Positions 40,801-55,800 of a stretch of DNA of 64,000 bases are shown here, in pieces. Each line of letters begins with the position of its first letter. Within the stretch, counting starts at the first letter, position 1. The notes below the pieces were generated by a model. It saw nothing but the letters and a program-made list of their open reading frames with translations. It was not told the origin of the DNA and ran no database searches. The position numbers were made by a program, and so were the translations under genes. Source of the DNA: Chrysomallon squamiferum (lineage: Eukaryota; Animalia; Mollusca); contig CM022671.1 in assembly GCA_012295275.1 (NCBI GenBank), positions 2,852,001 to 2,916,000 on the forward strand, written 5' to 3'.

Positions 40801-43658
40801 AATTTAAGCAAATTATTAAATACATCTGTGACCAATTAGCAATATATACTTGTGAAGAGAGAGACAGCTGATCTGAAGAATGGTTTTTTTATTGGGATCA
40901 GTCCTTTTTGTTAAAATCACTAAGCTTATCTGCAAATAGAGTTATTCTCCCACAACTCATTCAACAAACAAAATTTAAAACCTTTTTTTTTCTCTCTCTT
41001 ATTTACAACATTTAATTACATGTCTATTTTATATAATTAGTATTTCCATTGTATTTGTACCATGTAAATGTATTTGTAATTTTTTAATGATTTTTCTAAT
41101 TCTATAAAGACCTTATTAAATTATTATTTTATTATTATTAAGATAGATTTTTTTTTTTAATAAAGGCAAACACATAAATACATGCTGTTTCTGATTCTTC
41201 TGACATTTAATTGTATTATCTGTATAGGTAAAACATCAACCAAACCTGGTAAACCTGTTGATACCAACATTGGAAATGATTTTATTTGTCTTTCTTGGGA
41301 AAAGCCAGAAAGTAAAAATGTGCTTTACTATGAAGTTAAGTACAAATCTCTTAAAGAATCTTTTTGGAAGAAAAATTCTGTATCAACAAAGGACGATCAG
41401 CCTACTGTACGTATTGATGGATTATTTCAAGAAGAAAAATATGTGTTCAAAGTAAGGGCACAGTTTGAAAACAGAGAAGGAGAATTCAGTGAAGAGAGTT
41501 TCCCTATTGAGACAAAACCTTCTCCATCAATGCAATTTTTACATTTCTGTACAAAACTTCAAGATGGAGAACCATCATTCTACAAACTTCCACTGAATGA
41601 AATTAAGGCAGCTAGAAATGCTATGTATCAAATACGAAAATGCGAATTTGGTAAGAAAAATAAAATTACTTTAGTCCATTTAACTGACAGTTGAACACAT
41701 GCATGCACACAAACACACATAAATTTAAAAACATTAGAGCAAGGAATATTATTAATAAGCATAATTGTAAATCATGTTTTAGCTTTGTACATCAATTTCA
41801 ATTTCTTAGGCTCATCACAAATGCTTCAAGAGAAGACCATCATGATGATTGGAGCAACAGGATCAGGAAAAAGTACTCTGATTGATGGGATGGTCAACTA
41901 TCTTCTTGGTGTGAAGTGGGAGGACAACTTCAGATTCAAAATCATCGACTATATGTCTGAGGAAGAAGCAAAACTAGGAAGAGAAGTATGTATTAATTAT
42001 TTAATAATATATAAATGTTGTATGCAAACGCAAAAACAAGAAAAATTATTTTCTTTTAATTTTTGTAACTAGGATCCACAGATGATAATAAATACGTTTA
42101 TATAATCCCAAATATTTAATAAAACAAATAATATTTCAGTATTATGAATACAAAATTAATTTATCCTAGTATTTAAACCAGAAAGATTTTTACAAGTATC
42201 AACTGCTTTGATTTTCACTGGTGTCTATATGCAGGAAGTAGAGAGACTCAAACTTAGAATGTTAATCCCAAAATATCTCATTGTTTAAATATACTTTTCT
42301 GATGTTTGCTTAAAAAACAATTTCAACAACCTTTCTTTAAAAAAAACAAAACAAAACAAATTAAGACGGAATCACAGACTGACTGGATTACAAGCTACAG
42401 ATTTCATCCAGTAATAAAGAATGTTGGTTATATTTTGAACATTATTGACACACCAGGTTTTGGGGATACCAGAGGATTTGAACGTGATCACCAATTAGTG
42501 GAACAGATCCGAGCTTTCTTTTCAACTGAAGGCATCAAAGGAATTGAAACAATAGATGCAGTCTGCTTTGTTACCCAAGCCCCTCTTGCAAGAATGACAC
42601 ATGTTCAGAGATATATTTTTGATGGAATTTTGTCCATTTTTGGCAAAGATGTAGCAAGAAACATTGTGGCAATGATTACATTCGCAGATGGAAAAGAGCC
42701 ACCGGTCCTGAATGCTTTAAATTATGCCAAATTCCCATACAACAAACATTTTGTATTCAACAACTCAGCACTTTTTGAGCCAAATACAGAAGGCAAATGC
42801 AATAAGTTTTCTCAAATGTTTTGGGAAATGGGATGTTCAAGCTTTCAAGACTTTTTTACTCATATATGCACTCTGCAGTCACAAAGTTTACAGCTGACAG
42901 CTGAGGTTTTGAGAAAGAGAGAACAACTGAATGCTGCAATCAAAGGTCTCATACCACAGATAGACATTGGTCTATTTGAACTTTCCTCATTGAAAAATGA
43001 AAAGGATCTTGTGAAGAAATTTGAAAGACAAATAAGAGACAACAAGAACTTTAAATATACAGCTGAAGAATTCCATCAAAATAAAATACCACTGACACCT
43101 GGGCAGTATGTAACCAACTGCACCTTTTGTCATATGACATGTCACTTCCCATGTTACATTCCTGAAAGTGAAAACAAATTTTACTGTAGTGCCATGAATA
43201 ATGGTGTTTGTACAGTTTGCCCAAACAACTGTACATGGGCAACACACAGGAATAATGATTTTCGAATAGAAGTCACTTGTGTATTGGTGGAGAAAACATA
43301 TGAAGAAATGAAAGAGAAATATGAGTTTGCATCCAAAGAAAAGGTTTCAAAAGAAAATCTTCTTAAAAAAATTAAGAAAAAATTTATATGGGTAAAGGAT
43401 ATTGTTTGCAATATGCTAATGCAAGTACGTGAAAATGGCAATTACCTAAGGAAAAATGCTTTAAAGGCAAATCCACTAACAGAAGTGGAATACCTTGATT
43501 TGTTAATGAAAACTGAATTACAAGAGAAAAGATGCAGATTTGAACAACGTATTAGCATGCTTCATATGTTGAGAAGACAAGCAGAGCTTGCAGAAAATGC
43601 AGTCCGCATTGATGATAATGAGAAACTGTTGAAATATATGGGACTCGACTGTCCATAG
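37857..43658 (+). CDS. Paralog B: about 8 FN3 + septin/AIG1-like GTPase + coiled coil + Cys/His knob + coiled coil; exons 37857-37862 (ATG GCG, tentative), 38371-40798, 41228-41650, 41810-41985, 42366-43658 (1441 aa)
   Basis: Phases 0,1,1,0 give one open frame. G1 GATGSGKST, G3 DTPGFGDTRG, TFAD, knob NCTFCHMTCHFPC..C..CTVC...CTW..H. The start exon is inferred from atcATGGCG|gtatgt and from the frame being open from the acceptor at 38371. Confidence 0.88.
38899..40428 (+). repeat. Five near-identical 306-bp coding repeats (102-aa FN3 + linker)
   Basis: Anchor gact(c/t)(a/g)agacaaccaggaaaacc at 38899, 39205, 39511, 39817 and 40123 (exact 306 spacing), preceded by a partial unit from about 38740. 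Confidence 0.97.
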
Positions 43659-44937
43659 TTATTTGCATAACGGTAAAACAATTTAAAAAGTCTTGTCTGG
43701 GAAAAGAATTTATTTTCTGAAATAATCCTAATTTATATATCATTATTTCAGATTCTATTAACATTTACATAATGGAAACAACTTGATTACAATGCTGTAT
43801 TTATCATAATTATATAAGTGTCACTGAATGTAATAATTCGCATAATATTATATTAAAATAATGTACATCTGCAAATAAAGTCATCTATACATATAACTTT
43901 AAAATCACAAATAACTAATAACATTATCTTCTCTATTATGTACTATATGAATAATAAAAATTATCAGATATGTGTATACATCCATTTCTTTATTAGTCAG
44001 GAAAAGAAAAAAGAAATTGTTCTGTATGTTTGCTGCTGTAAATCGCTTTATATAAACACCAAAGCTAAACTAGGATAAAATGATCAAAGCGTCTTTTTTT
44101 AATTTTTAAATTCTTTTGGGTATGAGTTAGTAGGTGTTTTTGTAGTTTCTATTCATTTTATAAACTATTGTTATAAAAGAGGAAATAACGACCTTGGCCT
44201 TTTATTATTATTTTTAATTATTTTTGTAATAAAATTTTGTTTTTAAATAATTTGAAAAATGTACTAAATATTACATGTAGGCAACTGTATTTGACCCTCA
44301 CCTGTACACTATAATTAGCATGTGCAGCTGAAGTATAGTAAACCCTGAATCAATGATTTTTTGATTTAGAAGACTGATTCTTTCAGTTCTTGAATTCTGG
44401 AACAATGGATGCCATTTCTAACTTCACATGATACTCAACAGTTTGCAAGATATGTTAATGGTGTTAACATCCCTCAATATTAGCAAAATTAATTTGAATG
44501 GACTTTTTGTTTGTGTAACTGTTCAGTGATTGCATTTGCTAATGTTTACAAGATAAAAACTGAATAAACCTGTAGCTACTGCCCTGATATTTGCAAGTAT
44601 GCTACAATATCAATATAATGCTTTAAAAATAATATTAAAATATAATTTCTAAAAATTGTGATTTAAATGTCTTATGGCATAAATGGACACCTTTCATCCC
44701 TGTTAATTTGTAACATCAAGGGTCTGCTCAATCCTTATGGATTAATGATTATTTAAGAATATTTTTAAAATTTTAAAATTTATTCTTTAATCTTTAGCAC
44801 AAAATGTATGAGTTTCTAATGCATGAACAAGAATTAAATTTTATGTAAGCTTTATTTTTATTGGTTCCTTTTTTCTTTTTGTTAATTTTTCACTTATCTC
44901 TTTCCTGTATCTATTGTAATGATAAAGCTTTTTTCAT

Positions 44938-44970
44938 GGGCTATAGCTCAGTGGTCAGAGTCCATTGCTG
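44938..44970 (+). mobile_element. tRNA-derived SINE head fragment
   Basis: GGGCTATAGCTCAGTGGTCAGAG is a tRNA 5' half with an A-box; no B-box or 3' acceptor stem follows. Confidence 0.4.
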
Positions 44971-47539
44971 TTTTATAAATACCTGTATAAATATACTTTC
45001 CTGATAGTGAAAATTTATATTTAAAATACTTTTGTTGCTACTTTAATAAAATACACTTCTCATTATCTCTTTTCAATATAGATATATGTCACCTTAGATT
45101 AAAATGTGATGTGATTAAATAAAACATTTGTTTTTTTTACCCAAGTTGGTAGTGCATTTCCATTTACTATACAGAACCTGAAACCATAGTAGTTGGTCTA
45201 AGAGTATATGTAACAAACTACTTCATGTTATGCCATTACCCTAATGGTTAAAGGAACTGGAAGATTCCAAGTTACCCCCCCCAAAATTTAAAAAAAACAA
45301 AACAACAAATAGTATGTCTGAAACCAAGAGTAGCTTCTCTAAAACAAATACCAACATTTTAAAATGTTATAGATCACCATATTGCTACAAATACAAATTA
45401 TTAGTCATCAAATGGAAATTTTACTTTTTTACTTTTTTTTTAATATTTAATTTATTCAGAAAATTTAAAATATTTATATAGCAATTTAAAATAAAATAGG
45501 AAAAGAAACTTATAAAGGAAATAATTATAAAATGTAACACATTTACAATTTACACCTTAAAAAAAGATTCATCCTTCTTATTCGGTTAAGTAACTTTCAA
45601 AAAGGTTATCTTTATAACTGATATGGCTACTTATTTTAATTATCCAAATTATATTTTAAAAAGGGCATATAGTAACAGTAAACAAATACTAGTAACACTA
45701 GTAATAGCCTGATATACATCATACAAAATTAATGAAATTCGGCCACAGGCAAGTCAAAGTGTTGCTGTGAGTGGCCCAATTAGCCAGTAAAAAAAATAGA
45801 AAATTATATATATATATATATAGTATTAAATTTGCTGTAACTTGGCAACTATGGGCTTTTTTTATTTCTACTTTATATATTTTTTAATATATTCTTTCTC
45901 TTCCTGTGCTATTACCCAAGTTCATTTTTAATATTTTTATTTTACAGAAAAAATGTAGAAAACATCTGTGCTTGCAGTTGTATCCAGCTGACGTGCACCA
46001 TCTCTGTTTCATAATCAAAAACTGCCCAAAATTACAGTAATTTTTGGAACATAAAATCTGCTATTGTTTTATTGTGTCCCCTCCCTCATGCTGTTTACAA
46101 TGACAATGAAATAGTTTACTTTTTCATCTTTCATTGTGTGTTTGTGTGTGGCTGTGTTTCACATATCTTACTATGGTGACATAATATTTCTGTTATTAAA
46201 TTTGTTATTCTCCTTAGTAAATTATTGTTTTTTGGGGGGGGGTTTTTTATTATAAAAGGTAAATGTTTAAAATAATTGTTTGGAATTTTTCTCTTAATAA
46301 AGGTATGAGGTGCAAAAAAATAAAATTAAAAATAAATATATAAAATACGATACAATTGGATTATCACCTTTTTAAAGTTCTTAACGTAATTAAAATTTGA
46401 CTTACTCATATTTCTTTAAATTAATATCGTTTCTTGTCATGAAAGGTTCATGTGGGTTCTCAGTCTTACTAGTACTGTAATTAACATTATTCTTCTAGTT
46501 GTTTTTGTTATTATTTTTCCCTTATTGAATTATCTGGATTTTTCAACTTGTGAATTAAACTATTAAACAAATTAAAATAAAATAAATTGAATATAAATTT
46601 TTAAATTGGTTGCTGAAAGATTGTAGTGACTCAGCCTTTCTATCGATCTATTTCCCGTAATAGTGAATTATTTATTTATTTAATTAATTAAAATTTTACT
46701 TATTCGTATTTGTTTAAATTAATATTGTTTCTCGTCTCCAAAGGGTCACATGGGTACTCAGTCTTACTAGTAATTTTGTTAGCGTTATTCTACTCGGACC
46801 GTAATTTAGTTGTTTGCATCATTTTCGTCCTACTTTGCATTCATATATTTTTCCTATTAAACTATTAAACGTAAAATAAAATAAACTTAAATATACATTT
46901 TTAAACTGACTGATTGACTCTGGTGACTCAGTCTTTCTGCTACTTAATTAGTTATTTCTCTCAGATCATAAATTTATTATTATTACATATATATATATAT
47001 ATTATTGGATGTATCCATTTATAAATAAAAATAATTATTTCAATTTTTTTTCTGTTATTATATTAAATGTTTGAGGTGTCAAAAATTAATTAAGTTAAAT
47101 GAAAACAAATGAACAGTTGATTATTAAATAAAAATAAATTAATTTGAGGTTAAACACTATAGATGGATTATCAGCCTCATACAATTCTTAAATATTACAA
47201 TTATGTGTTAAAACATCTTTATTTATTTTGCTATATATTGCATTCATTTGTTCATCGAAAATATAATTTCAGAATAATTATTTTAATTCTTCTTTATGTT
47301 ATTATATTAAAAGTATATAGTGTAAAAGAATTTATATAAAATATATGTGTACAAATACAAACAAAAACAAATGAATAGTTGAGTGTCAACATAATAAAAT
47401 GAAATTAATTTGAACTTATATAACACAAGTAAATTACCACCCTTTTATAATTCTTAGCATATCAAATTTATGTGTTACTTCAGCAAAGCATCATTTCATT
47501 TATTAACTGTAAAAAATATAAACATCTTCATCTTGCTTT

Positions 47540-48010
47540 TTGAATGTCTCTTCAGTGACTTGGTCTTTTCAAAACTGTAATTAAAGTGGTTACGCTTATG
47601 TCTATGATGCTTTCTTTTTAAATGGGATGTATAGGAAGGGCAGAAAAGCAAACGATACACAGCAGGCATGTAGGTTCTATTGTTGGACATTGTCCAAATT
47701 GTGAGACACCAAGGCAAGTAAGGAAGACAACCACAACACATGCTGGTGCAGCCATGGAAACAATTTAACCCTGTGAAGTATACCAAAGTAGTTTTATAAC
47801 AAACATCCAGCAAAATAATAAGTTATACATGAAGATGCAAAGGCTGAAAGAAATAGTAATAAAATAAATGTGTGTACCTCTCATGCTCTGAATGATATCA
47901 GGACTGAACTGGATGTCAGCTTGACAGTTTGGTTTGTTGACACAGTGGATATCACAGAAAACATTGGTGAAGACAGAGCAATGCCAAGAACTGTGAAGAG
48001 ACAGAGAATA
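47540..48010 (+). mobile_element. Decayed hAT-type transposase fragment
   Basis: LNDIRTELD...W....VDI...IG....MPRTVKRQR resembles the 'PR...RQ' segment of ZMYM/THAP-related hAT transposases; GC-richer patch. Confidence 0.4.
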
Positions 48011-48049
48011 AAATTCATAATTTCAGATTATAAACATTTACATACATTA

Positions 48050-48656
48050 TTTACCTAAAGCATAATCCACTCCTTAGCAGCTCTTTATTATATTAAAATA
48101 TACATGTCTTCCTTAAACTGACAATTTGGCTTAAGCTGGGACTACTTCAAAACCAACAAAAAGAGATTCATTTATTCAAAAATACTTTAATTTAAAAAAA
48201 AAAAACTTTAAAGTTACAAGATTCTGTCCTTGTGCCATGTTTTTCAGAACTGTGGACTGAGTGGTTCCCTGAGCCAGGCTGTTTGACATTCCCAGTTTAT
48301 AATTTACTACAATCAGCCAAAGATTAATTTACATTTGAAAAATGAAAAATATTTATCAAACCTAAAGATGAAGAATTCTTTCTTTTTGTTTTCTACATTT
48401 TTTCTGTAAAATAAAAATATTAAATATAAATTAATTTAAATACAATTAATATTAATGTTAATATATTTAGTTCAGGATTATTAAATGAATGCTAATAATG
48501 ATACATTAATGTTGCATTGAACTCTATTTTAATTAGAAATAAGCATTGGAAATATAGTAATACTAATAGTAATAATATTAGAAAAACAAGTTTTATTGTC
48601 TGAAAGGATTATATTTTATTTGTTATTATTTTAAAATTCATTTTTTATTATTAGTA

Positions 48657-48707
<51 letters not shown>

Positions 48708-49550
48708 GTAGTGAAACCGAGTTGTCCTACACGTGTTCGATTGAAGTCATCAGTATATATAACAATGTTATTAACATAGTTACATACGGAGTAAATTCTC
48801 TGTTAACAAACGGATGATTATGATTACCAGTTTACATCAGTCTCATACATCATTACATGTCATTGTTATGTTTACAGAGTGTTATGTTTACATTTCATTT
48901 TAATTAATTAAATAAATAAATAATTTACTATTAAGGGAAATAACATAAATTTAAATGGTTTAATACTTTCTTTAGAAAGACGTCTGGAATTTTTTTTTCA
49001 AAATTCTCAAATCTATTTACAGATATTATCAATCATTCCAATTAATCAAACCATCAATGAATCAACCTTAAAACTATTAATAAACACAATTTATTCTTTA
49101 AGTGAATATGAAAGTTATTTCCGAATAAAAAATATTTCCCGCGTTTTTATATTTAGCTTCCGGATTTTCATTATACTGATCTCTAAAAAACAGTTTGGAG
49201 TTATTACATTTACAGCTGTTTATATATATATATATCTATCGTTTTCAGTAATTAATTAATTTTAGCCTTTTATCACTACTCTGCAAGACTTAACACTTTC
49301 TCTATGAAAGCTTTAAAAGGATTATTAGAATTAATTATTTTATTTTATTTTATTTATTTATCAGATCATATTTAGATACCCTGCCAAACCATTTACACAC
49401 GCATACTATAACCTAAAATAAAATTTTAGTGATTAAAAACATAACATTTGTGAATTTATCTATTTTTAATACCTTAATACTACATTACTTCTTGAATTAT
49501 TGTTGTTATTATTATTATAGCAATAACAACAGCAATAATAATAATAATAA

Positions 49551-49586
<36 letters not shown>

Positions 49587-49630
49587 GCTACAAGCTGCAA
49601 TAACTTGAATGACTTCCATTAAAACTTGAT
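48050..49630. repeat. Segmental duplicate of about 26220-27780 (FANCD2 first intron and promoter region)
   Basis: Long shared blocks: tacctaaagcataatccac.., gctgtttgacattcccagtttataatttactacaatcagccaaagatt, and gaaagttatttccgaataaaaa.tatttcccgcgtttttatatt..gcttccggattttcattat. Confidence 0.9.
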
Positions 49631-49656
49631 TAAATCGAAGGTAACACGAGTGTAAT

Positions 49657-49664
<8 letters not shown>

Positions 49665-49746
<82 letters not shown>
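49665..49746. repeat. (AG)n microsatellite
   Basis: Pure AG run. Confidence 0.98.
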
Positions 49747-49749
<3 letters not shown>

Positions 49750-49978
49750 TTGCTGTTTGTCACTGGTATATGACTTAGATAAGTATAAAATTAGATGATG
49801 TAGATAATTTACGAAAACATAATGGTAATAAACACCAGACAAAGGATAAGCATTGTAAAGATTTGTATAAATTCATTCTGGTTATAAACGTTCATCTCTA
49901 TGATATATGACTGTGACACAATGTCACAAAACGAACGACTGCCTTAGTACACACGTAATAACGCGGCGACATTAAAAC

Positions 49979-50023
<45 letters not shown>

Positions 50024-50476
50024 TAATAATTAAATAAATAAATAAATGAATTTAAAAAATAAAAAATAAAAACCACCCACTAATCAAAATAAAAAATATT
50101 GATTTTTTTTAGCATGTGATTATGAACAGGCATAAATTTACATACATATATGATCACATGCTGTAAATTTCCACTGTTATTTGAATACAGCGAACAATCA
50201 ATATCCGGCTGAAAACAGTATATAAATGTGTCGTTATCTGTGTTTCACTCAGTTATGACAAAACACCCGACCTATTTGATTTTGTTGTGTCAAACCGGGC
50301 TTAGCAACGATTAAGAAAGCAACGAAACTTCAGGTGAGTAGATCTATGTGAGTTTGAAGGTTATTTTTATTGTTGTAGTTGCTGCAATTTTTATATTGTT
50401 AATGTTATTTTAGACGTTGTTGTTGGTGGTGATAATGAAAATTTAACTGATGTTATAATTTTCATTATTATTATTA

Positions 50477-50518
<42 letters not shown>

Positions 50519-50793
50519 GCTCGGTGTTTAAAACGGTCCCTTAGTTTAATAAGTGAGAAATTTATTCATCTAACGTCATTAACTGTATTGGCTATTTTTT
50601 ATTTTATGTGATATATGGCTGTCTAATTTTTTGAACATATAAATGCAGTTAAGTAATGAAAATATTGTATTCACTTTTAAGATAGAACCTTAAGTAATCT
50701 AGAAATCTGAAAATGTTATGAAGCATACAATTGATTACATCGCGGGTTTGAATGTTATACATAACATAGCAAACAATGTCATATATTATATTA

Positions 50794-50838
<45 letters not shown>

Positions 50839-51142
50839 TTAAAAAATAAACCATTTTTCGTTTCTATTTTCTGCAAGGAAAAATATTTTATCCATTAAGA
50901 CAGTGATCGACTTCACTGACTTAAATTTGTTTTATGTTACTTTTTATCACGATAGCAATGATTTTATTCTTATAAGTTGGACTATCATTGCGTACAGAAG
51001 TATTATAAAATACATGCAAATTTAAGCGTACGTTAATACTCTCCAACATAATAGTAATACGTCTATTGGAATTACTGAATAATTCATGGTATAAACACTT
51101 CCTCACGTTCCTTTGATAGAGGATCGGTATACTTAAATAGAG

Positions 51143-51180
<38 letters not shown>

Positions 51181-51690
51181 GCTCAGCGTTTAAAACGGTC
51201 CTTTAATTCAATAAGTGAGAAATGTATTCATCTAACGTCATCAATTGTATTGGCTGGTTATAATTTTAGGTGATATATGGCCGTGTAATTTATTGAACAT
51301 ATAAATGCAGTTAGTAATGAAAATATTTTAAGACAGAACCCTAAATAAAAACAAAACTTATTATCAAAATCATCTGTTTCCAAAATATGTGGTGAGGTTA
51401 CCTCTCACTGGCTCTATTTATCCCTTATTTGTTATACACAAGAACAAAACATATATAAACATCATTTTTATTTATGTTTATCCTTGAAAGTTTTAAATAA
51501 TCTGATACATCCACGAAGATAACATTACCCCGACCCCTTAAAACAATACTTCAAAAACAAAATGGAAGAATCTTTTAATTCTATAACAGTGAATATTTTA
51601 CCTATTGTGCCTCTAATGACAACAAAAAGTAATAAATAAATAAAGTAAAAATAAAATAAAATAAAATTAAATATTAAATAAATAAAAGCT

Positions 51691-51721
<31 letters not shown>

Positions 51722-52276
51722 AAACTTACTAAAAGAATTAGTATCATGGATTAATAAAAACCATGATAAAGTGAAAGAATTTATAAACTTACAAACATTT
51801 TCTTTTTCTATTTGTTCTTTCAACTATAATGCCTTAGGAGCAGCAAAACACTGCAACAAAACAGTATATATTATTATAACCAGCATGTGATATAGTTTTT
51901 CTTGCCAACTTTATAGATCTCTTAGTTTATCTTTTGTTTTTCTATCCATAAAGTACGTTTTCCTAAAGTCGGAGTAATATGTTATGCTTAATTTTTAACA
52001 GTAGTGTTTTCTATCGGCTTAATATGTACCCATTTGTTTAATTGCGCAATATCATTTCTGCTTAAATTTGATCATTGAATAAACTAACTATTTTCTTTAA
52101 ATACCTTTTAATTTTTAAATCCACTTCAAATAATAATTGAAAAAATTCTTTATAGGTTATTCATATTAAAAAGTTAAAGGTTAATCGTAGACGTGGATTC
52201 TGTTTTCGTATCTCTTTGATGAAAACTAGAACTGTTAAATCAGAAGAATGAACCTGTTGTAACAAAATCAGTAGCT

Positions 52277-52818
52277 ATGACATCAACTGACTCCAGACAA
52301 ACAGGAAAACCGGTGGTGGAAGACATTGGCTCTGATTATATATCTATCAGCTGGAATACACCACAAGATGATGATGTCAGTTATTATGAAATCAAAATGA
52401 AACTCACCTCTAAAACAAGATGGTCAAAATTTCCACTCTTTACAGATGACAACTCTACTTGTAAGACAATAACTGGTCTTACACAGGACACTGCATATGA
52501 GTTCAAAGTTCGAGCACACTTTGAAGAAGAGGAAGGACCGTTTAGTGAGAAGAGTGATTCTATTGTAACAAAATCATCAGAAACAACTGAATCAGAAAAT
52601 AAATTTGTAAAGCCAATAGCAGTGGAAACTGAAGAAGGTAAGTAACTATAGTGACAACAGTGCGCCCACCATATCTATAGATGACAAACATCAAAACCAA
52701 AACCATGAGTTTGACAAAGTGAACAAATTGTCTATTACAGAGAGTGTGTCCATAAAGGAAGAACTAGATAATTTAAGCAAGTTATTAAATAAATCTTTAA
52801 ATGGTAGCAGGAGATATT

Positions 52819-52894
<76 letters not shown>

Positions 52895-55800
52895 TGATGT
52901 GATGTGAAGAATGTTTGAAGATCAGTTCTGTCGGTGCTCCCATAAAGCTATCTACAAATGAAAACATTTCCCCTCAATTTTTGAGATTTTGGTGAATTCC
53001 GTTTTTTGTTGTTTTTATTTTTAAATTTGCATCATATTTGTTATCAAAAATATGTTTGAAATATTGAAGGCTAAATATGGATTAAGCTTCGCCAGTTCTG
53101 ATCATACATCAACATGTGTAGAATAGAGAAATAATAACCATTGTTTCCTATTCTGTAAACGCCAGTATTTAATGTTTTTAATGTATGGTCATGAGACATG
53201 ACTATATATGGCAAGTGCTGCCTAGAATTTAAGAGGGACATTCTCAGAGAGCAAGGAATGCACTCTGGCGTTGACATGACAGGATCTTAAATAATTGTTA
53301 ATGAAGATTAGGTTTTTTATATTTGGTTAATAATGGTTTCACTTATATAAGCTAGAAATCGGCTAAGATACATATTATTTCTGTTCAGATGATGACACTG
53401 ATCGTGTGGGACAAATGTTACTTACACCATGTGTAACTGTTAATTTACATGTGCTACTATTTGTATCTTTATGATAGCTGTTATTCTTTTCTTTAAAAAT
53501 ATTTGTCTCACTGATATTATATTTATGTTTGTTGTGTATCAAAAATATAGAACTGTAGCAGTTTTACTCATCGATAGTTTCTCAAGGAAGCAATTACTAA
53601 TGAACTTCGACAGTTGATATTAATAATAAAACAAAAAAATAACGACTCCTCGGGTTTGATCGGAGTGAACTATATATTAATATTATTTATTTGATCATAT
53701 TTTTGTTGAATATGTTTCTTTGTAATTATTTTCTTTTTATCTAAACATCAGGGATTTTGGTTTGCTATCTGTTTTTGGTTTGGTTTGATTTGTTTTGATT
53801 TTACAACTGTAGAATTTTTACTATACTTTAATTAAATACGCTTTTATAAACTTAATTAATTTGTCCTTATTGGAGTGGTTATTTATAATGAAAATCATCC
53901 TCTCTACATGCATTTTAGTGTTTAAACACACACACACACAGCAAGGCACATAAAAACAACCTTGTTACTATTTGAACAGTTATCTTTTAGTAATTGTATT
54001 GCTCTTAGTTAAATAATATTTTCAATAAAACATTACTTCTACTTTTCTTCTGTCAAAAAAAAAAAAAAAATTATTATTATTATTATGGTTTTGTTTTGGT
54101 TTTTATTTATTTATTATTTTTATTTTTTTTTACCTATCTATTTTATATAATTGGGATTTCCATATACCATGTAAATGTATTTCTAATTCTTTATCGATAA
54201 TTTTAATTCTGTAAAGGCCTGAAATAATTTTCTGTCAAGGTAGATTTTTTTTCATGAAGAAAAACACACTTTTATATATATTGTTTCTTATTCTTCTGAT
54301 ATTTAATTGTATAATTTGTGTAGGAAAAAGATCAACTCAACCTGGTAAACCTGTTGGTACCAACATTGGAAGTGATTTTATCTGTCTTTCTTGGGAAAAG
54401 CCAGAAAGTAAAAATGTGCTTTACTATGACGTTAAGTATAAATCTCTTAAAGAATCTCTTTGGAAGAAAAATTCTATATCAACAAAGGATGATCAGCCTT
54501 TTGTTCGTATCGAGGGATTATTACAACAAACTAACTACGTGTTCAAAGTGAGGGCACAGTTTGAAAACAGAGAAGGAGAATTCAGTGAAGAGAGTTTCCC
54601 TATTCAGACAAAACCTTCTCTATCAACGCATCTTTTACCGCTCTGTACAAAACTTGAAGATGGAGAACCATCAATCTACAAACTTCCACTGGATGAAAAT
54701 ATGGCAGCTAGAAATGATAAGTACAGAACACGAAAATGTGAATTTGGTAAATAAAATTAAAAGAAATTCTTTGGTACATTTGCTGTTTAATGAAAAATGG
54801 TGTACAATTACACCTACATTTGTTTATCTTATCGCAAAAAAGTTATTAATAACCATTATGACAATTATGCGAAAAATTTAGAAACCAGGAAAGGAATTGT
54901 TTGCAAAATATTTATATTAGGTGGGGGCCTTTTGTGGGTTTTTTTTTGTTGTTGTTGTTGTTGTTCTCTTTTCTCGAAATTCAACTGTCATTATGTTGGG
55001 ACAATATAAACTGTTTTAAATATCCTGTCTAATTAGATATCATATTTTATAAAAATCTATATTATGTAAATCATTTTTGGGATACTCTCTCTCTCCCTCT
55101 CATCATTACTGTTGTCTGTGGATGGTTATTATCACACTTTGAATTCTGTATATCCATTTTATTTTCTTAGGCATATCACATAAAGACATTTCTTTTTCTT
55201 TTTCTTTTGTTCAAGCATTGTATTAATTAATCTTGATCTTGTTGCAGTTACTATTATTTCAGAGTCTCCATTTTTTTTCTTAGGATCTTCATCGGAAGAC
55301 ACATTAGAAGAGAAGACAATCCTGATGGTTGGAGAAACAGGATCAGGAAAAAGTACTTTGATTGATAGGATGGTCAATCATCTTCTTGATGTCAAGTGGG
55401 AAGACCACTTCAGATTCAAAATCATCGACTTAATGCCCGATGAAGAAGAAAAAGAGAGAACAGAAGTATGTATGCTGTCTTAGATCTCCAGTAAACAATT
55501 CTAACAAATGAATGCTTTTAGGTATTTTTCTCTGGTCCTTAACCTTTTATTTTGTTTTCAGTAATTCTGCCTGTCCTGTACAAAATCGATGACGAATAAT
55601 ATTTATTTTCATTTTCTGTTTAGAAATTTATCAAATTTTATCATAGGCTGAAATGGGGAACAGATTGCTCACTTCTAATCTGAATTATTTTCAAAATACT
55701 AAACTCTTCTTCATCTGTTTATTGAAATTTTCTGGTTTTCTACGCATTAGTTATGTTGCTTCAGTTATTCTAATATTTAAAACCTATATATTTTTTTTTA

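Noticed and set aside
44938-44970. tRNA gene
   Set aside because: Only the 5' ~30 nt resemble a tRNA; there is no T-arm/B-box or acceptor 3' strand.
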